Shown one piece after another: positions 1 through 12,075 of a stretch of 64,000 nucleotides of DNA (position 1 is its first letter; the number at the start of each line of letters is the position of its first letter). Source of the DNA: Mobula hypostoma (lineage: Eukaryota); the NCBI RefSeq assembly GCF_963921235.1, contig NC_086108.1:51214001-51278000 (forward strand), written 5' to 3'. The translations under genes and the position numbers were made by a program. The notes under the pieces are model-generated. The model worked only from the letters and a program-made list of their open reading frames with translations, was not told where the DNA came from and ran no database searches.

Positions 1-261
1 ATATATTTAATGGCAATGTGAGGCAATTATAAAATTATGTCTCCAATGAAAGCTGTCTAAGTAATGCTAAGGTCCTCATTACTCATGATTTAACAGGTTG
101 TTAGAATAGACTCCCAGAGTCTGCTGCTCTGCTTTCAGTTTGAGTGAATAGAGTGGAAGAAATTGCTTTTCTGTGGAGTTAAATAAAATGGATAAAGAAT
201 AAATAAGAAATAGTAACTAGAGAGAGAACCTCAAGTGAGACAGATGAAGCTTTTCGAACTA

Positions 262-609
<348 letters not shown>

Positions 610-757
610 CTAAAAGATACGGTAAAAGTTCAGGGTCTTGCGCCCATGATGTTGTGCTGAACTAATGAAATTAACAATCAAACCCCCAACTAAACTAATC
701 ATCTTCCTGCACATTCATGTGACAATCTAAGAGCCTCTTGAATGCTTCTTGAATGTA

Positions 758-2318
758 CAGGTTTCCCCCGCCATTCGAAGGTAGAGCGTTCCTATGAAAC
801 GGTTCGTAAGCTGGAATGTCGTAAAGCGAAGAAGCAATTACAATTTATTTATATGGGAAAATTTTGTGAGCGTTCGCAGACCCAAAATAACCTACCAAAT
901 CATGCCAAATAACACATAAAACCTAAAATAACAGTAACATATAGTAAAAGCAGGAATATGATAAATACATAGCCTATATAAAATAGAAATACTTTTCCAC
1001 AATCATTACTGCACTGTTCTCTGTAGCAAAAATCTCACGCAAGCGCCGTCAGCAGAAAATCTCATGCAAGCGCTGTTGGCAAAAACACGGTGCAAGCGCT
1101 CTCAGTAACCTTTAAGCTATGAAGCTGCCAAATCATACCAAAGAAGACGTAAAAATACACGGTCTATATAAAGTAGAAATAATGTACATACAGTGTAGTA
1201 TCACTTACAGGAATTGGGAAGACACCTTGCCGAGCACACTGATGATGGTGTGTTAGGCTGAGTCGTCGCAGGTTGGGGTGGTGCAGTGGCTCCCACCCTC
1301 CAGGCCACCAACCGATACCGATCCATGAAGCACGCAGGGGTGCAGCGGTAGCCGGGAGGCACACAGCGCATCTTTAAGAAAAAAACCGAAACAAACATGC
1401 TAATTAATTAGGTGACACCCAGCATATAATTGTCGGGCAGTACCTAATTAATTAGCTTGTTTATTTCGGTTTTTTTCTTAAAGATGTGCTGTGTGCCTCC
1501 CGGCTACCACTGCATTCTCCACGAATCGGTATCTGTCTGTGGCCTGGGGGCTGGGGTGTCATCTCATCGTCATCTGTTTCCATTAGGGCAGGCAGGTCAT
1601 CTTCTATGTCTGCCCGCCTTGATGTCGAAGGTCGAGGTTCGTCGTCTGCTGTGGCTGATGTGGAAGGCTTGCTTGACTGCTGAGCCTCGCGCATTTTTCT
1701 ATCATACAGTTCTTTGTAAGGACTCAAACCATCTTGCAAATATCTCCTAAACCTATGTACCCTTTCAAACTTAAAGTCGTACTTTATCATTGCAGCGAAA
1801 ATCTCACGCAGTTGCTTCACGTTCAGTTCGCTACTGCATTTGGTTTTGATTGTTATCCTTTTTTCTTCCAATTGCATCAGCTCTTCATCTATCAGATCTT
1901 GGTCATGGGATGCCAAAACCTCTTCAACATCATCTTCATCAGCTTCCACGAGCCAAACTCACTTTGTCCTTACTTCGTTCACCATGATCGAAACGCTTAA
2001 TTATGTCTAGTTTTACGCTAAGTGCAACACCTTTACCAGTTCTTTTAGGCTTTTCCGATACCATAGAACTCATATTGCAAGCGACTGCTCACAGGCATGT
2101 GTTTAAGCAATGCCGGCGAGAATGCAGTTCCGAATCCGGGGAGAGCGGCTGCTCGGGGCGGGCGCCACCTTTTATCGCGCGCTGATTTTTTATCGCGCAC
2201 TGCTTTTTTTTCCGTAACAGTGAAAACACCTTCTGAAAGCAAAAACAGGGTACTAATGTAGGCCTTTTGTAACAGTGAGGTTTCGTAAAGCAAACTTTCG
2301 AAAAGCGGGGGACACCTG
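758..2318 (-). mobile_element. Tigger/pogo-like DNA transposon, internally deleted non-autonomous copy 1
   Basis: TIRs CAGGTTTCCCCCGC...GCGGGGGACACCTG with TA on both sides (756-757, 2319-2320). Retains the transposase N-terminus and acidic C-terminus (DEDDVEEVLASHDQ) seen in the long copy at 44147-46798. Confidence 0.9.
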
Positions 2319-2320
2319 TA

Positions 2321-3720
2321 TTTGCCTCCATCACTACCTCACGAGCAGATTCTAGGAACTCACCACTCTGCAAAAAAACACTCAACTTCCCCTGCACATC
2401 TCCTTTGAAATTACCCCCCCCCCCACCTTAAATGCATGCCGCCTGCTATTAGACATTTTCAACCCTGGGAAAAAAGAGAGACTGTCTGTCGACTCTATGT
2501 ATGCCTCTCCTAATCTTGTGTCTATCAAATCTCCCCTCAGCCTCCGCCACTCCAGAGAAAACAATCCAAAACATCCAAGGATCCTTTACCTTTCTATCCA
2601 TCTCGTTCCTTCTTATTGGAACATACCATACCTATCCTGTACTCTCCAGTTGGTCTTTAAACGCCTCTGTATGTCAGATATGAACGTGCCCAAAAACACC
2701 TGTTCCCAACTAACACTCCCTGGTTCCTGCCTAAGACTCTCGGAATTTGCCATACTCCAATTTAATATTCTCCCGCAAGGCCCATACATATCTTTATCAA
2801 CAACCACCTTAAAACATGAGTTCAGACCACTGTTCTCTTACTGAATGATCAGTCACCTGGCCAGTCTCATTAACGAACACTAGGTCCAACATGGACCTTC
2901 CTCTTGTTGAACTACATTATGAATTAAGAATTCTCTCAGATGCATTGAACAAATTCTGCCCGCCTAAAACTCCTGCACTAAGCATGTCCCAGTCTATGTT
3001 AAATAAGCTGAAGTCACCCACTACATTTCTACACCTTTCCCTAATCTGCCTGCATATCTATTCATCATTGTCCTGGTGACTATTGGGGTGGGGTGGGAGG
3101 GCTGTAGTATAACCCCACAGTAAATTGCACCTTTCTAATATTTGACTTTTACCTGTGCAGACTCAATGGATAGGCCCTCAATGTCCCCTGAGTGCAGTTG
3201 CGATATTGTCCCTGCTTAATAGCACAACTCACCCTACCCTCTTTTACCTCCTTCTCGATCTTTTCTAAAACATCACAACTCTGGAAAATTAAGCATCCAT
3301 TCCTGTCCTTCTCTCAGCTAAATGGCCACAGCATCATTGTTCTATGTAGTAATCCATGTTCTAAGTGCATCATTCTTACCAATAAAACTCCTAACATTAA
3401 AATGCACAATTTTCAACCCATCTGTCTCACTGTGTCTATTACCTTGTTCTTACTGGTCATGACATCTACCTTCCTATCAATCCCTCCACTTTTTGAACTG
3501 GAGGTCTGGTTCCCATCCCACTGCGAAATTAATTTAAACTCTCCCAATTAGTACAAATGAACCTCCCAGCCAGGAAGCTAGTTTTCTTCCAATTAAAGTG
3601 CAATTGTCATTCTTGTACAGGTTACCCTACCCAGAAGAAATTCCACCTGCACGCTACACCAGTCCACCAGCCATTCATCTGTTCGTATTCATTCAAGAGC
3701 ATGTATGAGTTAGTAGCAAT
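2321..3720 (-). mobile_element. Degraded CR1-type LINE fragments
   Basis: Remnant peptides FSLEWRRLRGDLI and VVGDFSL (endonuclease-like); many stops and frameshifts; boundaries approximate. Confidence 0.65.
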
Positions 3721-4283
3721 TTCATTTCCCACAATGTCGTTGTGCTAGTGGGGTTTTAAAAGAATACACACTTTCACAATTTCACTTCATTCTGATTTAT
3801 GTTGGAACTTCTAATATAAATTACAATTAAATATTAGCAGCACACAATCCTGACATTTGAATTCTGGCTATTGTTAGAACTGATATTATTGACCAATTAA
3901 AATTGTTACAAGCTTTAATACATTATCTGCTCTATCAAACTGTGTATGATATACTTGTAAATAATTTAATGCAATAACAACATTAAGACATTTAAGTTAG
4001 AAACTATATCTTCACATGCAAAGCACACTAGAGAAGATCAATGCATTGCAAGGTTCTTTATTTTCTCCTCAGGTGCCGGTTGCATAACTGCACTTGTTTT
4101 AATTGTTTTTTATTTTAAATTGGATTCAGATTCATCACATAATGGATCAGCAACAATGGTAATTAAATGTTTTATTATTTAATCCTTTATTTACCTTAAA
4201 ATGAGTTTCCATAATACAAAGTGCAAAGATGCCACATCACATTAATATTTTCTGTTTCAAATTCAAAATTTTTTGTAACTTAC

Positions 4284-4342
4284 TTCCATTCCTTCAAAAG
4301 GAGGTGGGTCCTTCAACTTGCCGATCTTTTTTTCATGCTTTT
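4284..4342 (-). CDS. KIFAP3: KIFAP3 internal coding exon (exon 4 equivalent, 59 nt, phase 1 to 0); not in the ORF track
   Basis: Translates (E)KHEKKIGKLKDPPPFEGME, with the KIFAP3 DPPPFEGME motif. Acceptor ...tttttag at 4343-4344; donor gtaagt begins at 4283. In frame with both flanking exons. Confidence 0.94.
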
Positions 4343-4799
4343 CTAAAAAGAACAACAGTTCATATTTTTAGTACCAAAAGCAACATTTGAAATGGTTCAA
4401 TCTATCAGCAAAAGCAACACTTTAATGAAAAAAGGAAAATGCTGGAAACTCTCAAATCAAACAGACTTTACATTTCAGATCCAAGACCTTTCATCAGAAC
4501 AGGGAGAAAGGAAAAATAAGTTCAGTTTTCAGCAGCAGGAAACTGAACTGGTTTTCCCTCTTTTGGGGAGGAACGGATAGAACAAAAGGGAATACAAGCT
4601 AATGCGTGGTAAGGTTCGTATTAAGTGAGTTTATTTTGTAAGTTATCTAACTACTTAAATTATTAATAACTATTTCAAAAATATGAATAACAAACAATAT
4701 GAAGAATAAGCCAGATATTTCTAATGCCACATATCTAATTAACACCAACATAATGCCATTTTATCAGTGTGTATTAAGAAGCAGTCTCTCTTCATTCAT

Positions 4800-5900
4800 A
4801 GTGGAACACTTTGTGATATGGAGTTCCAAAAGGCAGTGAACAAAGTGCCTTTGAAAATATTCTCACATTCAATTGCACAGTATTAAAACTATTGATCTGG
4901 CTTGCAAATAGTCTGAACAGCAGGAGGAAACACAGAGATAATTGGAATGACGGGAGTCCCAGTACAGACTACAGGGAACTGCAACTATTCACCTTATTTG
5001 TAAACAATTAGGTTAAATTACAAGTCATATATCCAAATTTACCAACAGCACAAAGAGACATCATAAGCGATGTAGACGGATTACAAAGAGATATTGGTAT
5101 ATTATCAAAGCTGACACATATGGATTGCAATGCATACAAATGTAAGATCAAAGATTTTGGATGCAATAGTGTTAAAAAAAAACAATTTTCTAAACATTGA
5201 CAAGATAGAAATAAAGATGGTCCAAAGAGACCATCTTATGGCTAACACGAAAGGGCACAGTTTTAAGATGCTTGGAAGTAGGTACAGAGGAGATATCAGG
5301 GGTAAGTTTCTTTTTTTTTTACACAGGAAGTTGTGAGTGCGTGGAATGGGCTGCCAGCGACGGTGATGGAGGCGGATAAAATAAGGTATTTTAAGAGACT
5401 CCTGGATAGGTACATGGAGGTTAGAAAAATAGAGGGCTATGGGTAAGCCCAAGTAATTTCTAAAGTAAATACATGTTCGGCACAGAATTGTGGACCGAAG
5501 GGTCTGTATTGTGCTGTAAGTTTTCTATGGTTCTATGTTTTCTAGATCATGGGACCCATTTACACAAGTCAGTAAAATTTCATAGACATTGCAGAGACAG
5601 AGAAAAAAAAATCATGGCTGTCAAAGTGAAGGCCTTCTTGACAAAAAAAACATATTTCACTTGGGAAATTATGCTCTAGTAGAAGAAAATTGTGGTTAAA
5701 CCATACATGGAGCACAGAAAAATATTTTTGATGCCAGGTCATAGGAAGGATGATTGGCCTTCAAAGGAGAACAGGAGAAATATGAACCTCTGAAGGAGAA
5801 ATTAAAGGAACTAGACCTATGTTCCCCAGAATTCAGAAGGATAATTTCTCTGACTTTCAAGATAATAAGGACGGCTGACAGCATACTGCAAGAGAAACTA
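4800..5900 (+). mobile_element. Old CR1 RT remnant with a younger CR1 3' end (about 5240-5543) nested in it
   Basis: Degenerate EFQKAVNKVP and SKF motifs. The younger piece reads TKGHSFK... and ends in a ttctatggttctatgtt tail. Confidence 0.65.
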
Positions 5901-5915
5901 ATTCTGGAAATCAGA

Positions 5916-6115
5916 CACTGTTCTCACCGATCTGCGCGGGCGTGCGATAACTGACATGCTCCGGTGCATACAGCCTTTGTTGCTGTGCAGCTGGAATTTT
6001 CTTTCATATAATGTCTAATTAAAGTGCCACACAGTTTTCAGGCAGTGTAAAAATTTCCTGCTCAGAGCAATGATTGGTTCGAGCAGCTATATAAAAAAAT
6101 TAAGAGGGAACATTG
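5916..6115. mobile_element. Possible short hAT-like MITE
   Basis: CpG-richer 200-bp island bounded by imperfect inverted ends cactgttctc...gagggaacattg. No convincing TSD. Confidence 0.3.
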
Positions 6116-7110
6116 AGACCAAGACAAGAGGAGATTAAAGCCAGGCCTTTCTAGTATGCTAGGCAAATTGTTAACATCAAACTAGTGACTGATTTTTTTT
6201 TTTGTTACCTAATGTAGAGACACAAGGCAAATTTGGGAAGAATTTAGTTACAGATCACCAACTACTTCAATAAAAAAAATAGAGCAAGCTCTAGGGACTT
6301 ACGGCCAATTCCTGTTCCAGTATTTACACTCAAATAACTAATGCCAAAGCAACAGTGATGAAGCTAGGACAAAGATTAATGCAGTCCATCAATTTTGCAA
6401 TGAGCTCCAGCAGGTCAGAAATAGCCAGAATATTTTAAATTGTCCTTTAAAATCAAACAATGAGGGAAAAAAAACAATCCAATGTTTTTCTTTAGCTAGA
6501 ATCAAGATGATTTTGAGTAGACACCAACGAATACAAGTCTAGATTGTAATCTATATCATCATATCAGAAACTATTCTAATTGGCTTTCAGGAAGCAACAT
6601 GAGAAAATCTAAACGTACTCAGCTTCTTCAGAAAGGAGGCTTCTCCCAATTTTTTACTCACTCAAAAACCAGCCACTCAAGGAAACAGAGTTACAGACAT
6701 CAATTTGTCAAGGTATCCTAGCCTAAGACCATTAAAGGCACATGATCACAGTACAGCCTACCCTTAAGTTATGGGAGACCTGACATTCCGAGAAAACGGA
6801 CCCCATCATGATTTTGGATATATAAAGCTGTGCTATCAGCACATGAGTAAAGAAAAAAATTGTGTTCAGTTACTTTTTATACATAAATCTTATGAGATCA
6901 TATTTTATTCCGTATCTCAAATGTTTCGGTAGCGATTTGTGAATTCTGTAAGGGTGAATTTCTGTATCATGAACAGCTATAACATAGACCTGCATAGCAA
7001 CTCAAAATGTTGCTAAAAACAGAAACAAAACAGCAATGAAATAAGAAGCAACACACATCAAAGTTGCTGGTGAACGCAGCAGGCCAGGCAGCATCTCTAG
7101 GAAGAGGTAC

Positions 7111-7146
7111 AGTCGACGTTTCGGGCTGAGACCCTTCGTCAGGACT
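7111..7146 (-). ncRNA. Minimal type I hammerhead ribozyme motif in the Penelope terminal repeat
   Basis: Minus strand reads AGUC-CUGACGA-A-GGGU(CUCA)GCCC-GAAAC-GUC-GACU. CUGANGA and GAAA cores, stem II and stem I (AGUC/GACU) are intact; GUC cleavage triplet; self-complementary ACGU in place of stem III. Confidence 0.8.
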
Positions 7147-7543
7147 AACTGAAAGAAAAGATAGGAAGAGATTTGAAAGTGGGAGGGGGACGGGGAGATC
7201 CAAAATGATGGAAGACAGGAGGGGGAGGGATGGAGCTAAGAGCTGGACAGTTGATTGGCAAAAGGCATATAAGGCTGGCGAAGGGAGAGGATCATGGGAC
7301 GGGAAGCCTAGGGAGAAAGAAACTGACTATGAAAGGGGGAGGGGAGCCAAGAGGATGGAGAGCAGGCAAGGAGTTATAGTGAGAGGGACAGAGGGAGAAA
7401 AAAGAGAGAGGGAAAAAGGAGGAAAATTTTAAAATATTAAATTAATAAATAAGGGATGGGGTACGAAGGGGAGGAGGGGCATTAACGGAAGTTAGAGAAG
7501 TCAATGTTCATGCCATCAGGTTGGAGGCTACTCAGACGGAATA

Positions 7544-9125
7544 CAGGTTTCCCCCACCATCCGAAGGTAGAGCGTTCTTATGAAACAGTTCATAAGCCGG
7601 AATGTCGTAAAGTGAAGAAGCAATTACCATTTATTTATATGGGAAAAATTTGTGAGCGTTCGCACACCCAAAAAATAACCTACCAAATCATGCCAAATAA
7701 CACAAAAGCCTAAAATAACAGTAACATAGAGTAAAAGCAGGAATGATAGGATGAATACACAGCCTATATAAAATAGAAATACTTTTCTATATCGTTGCTG
7801 CACTGTTCTCCGTAGCAAAAATCTCACGTAAGTGCTCTCGGCAGAAACATTTTCTCCAGTAACCTTTAAACTATGAAGCTGCCAAATCATACCAAATAGC
7901 AGATAAAAATACACAGCCTATATAAAGTAGAAATAATGTATGTACAGTGTAGTATCACTTACCGGGATCAGGCCGAGCACACTGATGATGGTGTGTTAGG
8001 CTGAGTCATCGGCGGGTGGAGTGGTGCAGTGGTACCCAACCTCCAGGCGCGAAGAATACAGCGGTACAGCGGAAGCCGGGACGCGCCCAGCACATCTTTA
8101 AGAAAAAAGCCAAAATAAACAAGCTAATTAATTAGGTGCCACCCGGCACGTAAATGTTGGCCCAGATCAGAGGCGATGCAATCGGCAATCACTTCTGACT
8201 GGGCCGACATTTACGTGCCAGGTGGCACCTAATTAATTAGCTTGTTTATTTCGGCTTTTTTCCCTTAAAGATGTGCTGGGTGCATCCTGGCTACCACTGC
8301 GTTCTCCACGGCAATGTATTGGTCCACGGCCCAGGGGTTGGGGTGGTGGGACACTGGGGTGTCATCTCATCATCATCTGTTTCCATCAGGACAGGCAGGT
8401 CATCTTCTTCTATGTCTGCCTGCCTCGATGTTGAAGGTCACGGTTCGTTGTCTGCTGTGACTGATGTGGAAGACTTGAAAAACGACAGTATGCTTGACTG
8501 CTTAGCCTCCTGCATTTTTCTATCATACAGTTCTTTGTAAGCACTCAAACCATCTTGCAAATATGCCCTAAAACTACGTACCCTTTCAAAATTAAAGTCG
8601 TACTTTTCTACAATCATTGCAGAGAAAATCTCATGCAATTGCTTCACGTTCAGATCCTGGACGACTTCACTTTCGGTCCGTTTGCTACTGCATTCGGTTT
8701 CGATTGTTATCCTTTCCTCTTCCAATTGCATCAGCTCTTCACCTATCAGTTCTCAGTCACGGGATGCCAAAACCTCTTCAACATCATCTTCGTAAACTTT
8801 CAAACTCACTTCATCCTTACTTCGTTCACCACGATCAAAATGCTTAATTATGTCTAGTTTTACGCTAAGTGTAACACCCTTACGAGCTCTTTTAGGCTTT
8901 TCCGATACCTTAGAACTCATCTTGCTAACGGCTGCTCACAGGTACGTATTTAAGCAATGCCAGCTAGAATGCAGTTCCAGGGGAGGTGCTTGGCAGCTCA
9001 GGGCGCACACTGCCTTTTTTCGTAACAGTGAAAACAGGTAACTAATGTAGGTCTTTCGTAACAGCAAGGTTTCATAAAGCGAACGTTCGAAAAGCGGGGG
9101 ACACACACACACACAGACACATCTG
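7544..9125 (-). mobile_element. Tigger/pogo-like non-autonomous copy 2, inserted in the Penelope left arm
   Basis: Same TIRs as copy 1. The TA duplication splits GGAA-TA-TAAGGTG, which is uninterrupted in the right arm near 11661-11673. Right TIR is disrupted by a (CA)n run. Confidence 0.9.
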
Positions 9126-9205
9126 TATAAGGTGTTGTTCCTCCAGCCTGAGTGTGGCTTCAGCTTGACAGTAGAGGAGGCCGAGGATAGACATATCAGA
9201 ATGGG

Positions 9206-9431
9206 CATCAAAGTTGCTGGTGAACGCAGCAGGCCAGGCAGCATCTCTAGGAAGAGGTACAGTCGACGTTTCAGTCCGAGACCCTTCCTCAGGACTCGGA
9301 CTGACGAAGGGTCTCGGCCTGAAACGTCGACTGTACCTCTTCCTACAGATGCTGCCTGGCCTGCTGCGTTCACCAGCAACTTTGATGTGTGTTGCTTGAA
9401 TTTCCAGCAGCTACAGAATTCCTGTTGTTTG
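9206..9431. mobile_element. 226-bp palindromic Penelope-derived mini-element with two opposed hammerhead motifs
   Basis: Inverted arms about 9206-9292 and 9301-9387. Hammerhead cores at 9261-9296 (-) and 9301-9332 (+). TSD CATATCAGAATGGG / CATATCAGAATAGG at 9192-9205 and 9432-9445. Confidence 0.88.
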
Positions 9432-12039
9432 CATATCAGAATAGGAATGGGACGTGTATTTAAAATGTGTAGCCACTGGGAGATCCTGCTTTCTCTGGCG
9501 GACAGAGCGTAGGTGTTCAGCAAAACGGTCTCCCAGCCTGTGTCGGGTCTCGCTAATATACAGGAGGCCATACAGGGAGCACCGGACGTAGTATATCACA
9601 CCAGCCGACTCACAGGTGAAGTGTCGCCTCACCTGGAAGGACTGTCTGGGGCCCTGAATGGTGGTGAGGGAGGAAGGAAGTGTAAGGGCATGTGTAGCAC
9701 TTGTTCCACTTACAAGGATAAGTGCCAGGAGGGAGATCAGTGGGAAATGATGGGGGGCGGGGAGAAAGGACAAGGGAGTCACGTAGGGAGCGATCTCTGC
9801 AGAAAGCAGAAGGGGGGGAGGGAAAGTTGTGCTTGGTGGTGGGATCCCATTGGAGGTGGCAGAAGTTACAGAGAACTATGTTGGACCTGGAGGCTGGTGG
9901 GGTGGTTGGTGAGGACAAGGGGAACCCTATTCCAAGTGGGGTGGCAGGAAGATGGGGTAAAACCCGCCAATAAGGGGGGTGCTGTTGTAGTCTAGCGTCC
10001 TGAGCTCTACCTTGCCAAGGCACAGCTACAACTCGCAGATACCTCCTATTTACCCTTCGATCATGACCCCACTAAGGAGCACCAGGCCATTGTCTCCCAC
10101 GCCATCACCAACTTTATCAGCTCAGGGGATCTCCCATCCACTGCTACCAACCGTATAGTTCCCACACCCCGCACTTCCCGTTTCTACCTCCTATCCAAGA
10201 TCCACAAACCTGCCTGCCCAGGTAGACCAATTGTCTCAGCTTGCTCCTGCCCCACTGAACTCATTTCTGCATACCTCGACACAGTTTTATCCACCCTTGT
10301 TCAATCCCTTCCCACCTATGTTTGTGACATTTCTCATGCTCTGAATTTTTTCAATGATTTTAAGTTCCCTCGCCCCCACCGCTTTTATTTTCACCATGGA
10401 TGCCCAGTCCCTATATACCTCCATCCCCCACCTGGAAGGTCTCAAAGCTCTCCACTTCTTTTTGGATTCCAGACCTACCCAGTTCCCCTCTACCACCACT
10501 CTGCTCCGTCTAGCGGAATTAGTCCTTACTCTTAATAATTTCTCCTTTGGCTCCTCCCACTTCCTCCAAACTAAAGGTGTAGCCATGGGCACCCGTATCG
10601 GTCCCAGCTAAGCCTGCCTTTTTGTTGGCTTTGTGGAACAATCCATGTTCCAAGCCTATACCGGTATCTGTCCCCCATTTTTGCTTCACTACATCGACGA
10701 CTGCATTGGCACTGCTTCTTACACGCATGTTGAGCTCGGTGACTTCATTAACTTTGCCTCCAACTTTCACCCTGCTCTCAAGTTTACCTGATCCATTTCC
10801 AACACCTCCCTCCCCTTTCTTGATCTTTCTGTCTCTATCTCTGGAGACAGCTTATCTACTGATGTCTACTATAAGCCTACAGACTCTCACAGCTATCTGG
10901 ACTATTCCTCTTCCTACCTTGTCTCTTGCAAAAATGCCATCCCCTTCTCACAATTCCTCCATCTCCGCCGCATCTGCTCTCAGAATGAGGCTTTTCATTC
11001 CAGGACGAAGGAGATGTTTTCCTTTTTTAAAGAAAGGGGCTTCCTTTCCTCTACCATCAACTCTGCTCTCAAAGGCATCTCTCCCATTTCAGGCACATCT
11101 GCTCTCACACCATCACACCATCCTCCCGCCAGCCCACGAGAAATAGGGTTCCCCTTGTCCTCACCTACCACCCCACCAGCCTCCAGGTCCAACATATAAA
11201 TCTCTGTAACTTCCGCCACCTCCAACGGGATCCCACCACTAAGCACATCTTTCCCTCTCCCCCCTTCTGCTTTCTGCAGGGATCGCTCCCTACGTGACTC
11301 CCTTGTCCATTCGCACCCCCATCCCTTCCCACCGATCTCCCTCCTGGCACTTATCCTTGTAAGCGGAACAAGTGCTACAACTGCCCTTACACTTCCTCCC
11401 TCACCACCATTCGGGGTCCCAGACAGTCCTGTGAGTCGGCTGGGGTGATATACTGCATCCGGTGCGGCCTTCTATATATTGGCGAGACCCAACGCAGGCT
11501 GGGAGACCGTTTCGCTGAACACCTACGCTCTGTCTGCTAGAGAAAGCAGGATCTCCCAGTGGCCACACATTTTAATTCCACGTCCCATTCCCATTTTGAT
11601 ATGTCTATCCACGGCCTCCTCTACTGCCAAGATCAAGCCACACTCAGGTTGGAGGAACAACACCTTATATTCCATCTGGGTAGCCTCCAACCTGATGGCA
11701 TGAACATTGACTTCTCTAACTTCCGTTAATGCCCCTCCTCCCCTTTGTACCCCATCCCTTATTTATTTATTTTTTCCCCTTTTTTTCTCTCTCTCTCTTT
11801 TTTCTCCCTCTGTCCTTCTCACTATAACTCCTTGCCTGATCTCCATCCTCTGGGCTCCTCTCCCCCTTTCTTTCTCCCTAAGCTTCCTATCCCTTGATCC
11901 TCTCCCTTCTCCAGCCTTGTATGCCTTTTGCCAATCAACTTTCCAGCTCTTAGCTCCATCCCTCCCCCTCCTGTCTTCTCCCAACATTTCGGATCTCCCT
12001 CCCCCACTTTCAAATCTCTTAACTTCGCTTCTTTCAGTT

Positions 12040-12075
12040 AGTCCTGACGAAGGGTCTCGGCCCGAAACGTCAACT
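12040..12075 (+). ncRNA. Minimal hammerhead ribozyme motif in the Penelope right-arm terminal repeat
   Basis: AGUC-CUGACGA-A-GGGU(CUCG)GCCC-GAAAC-GUC-AACU; cores intact, one stem I mismatch. Confidence 0.72.
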
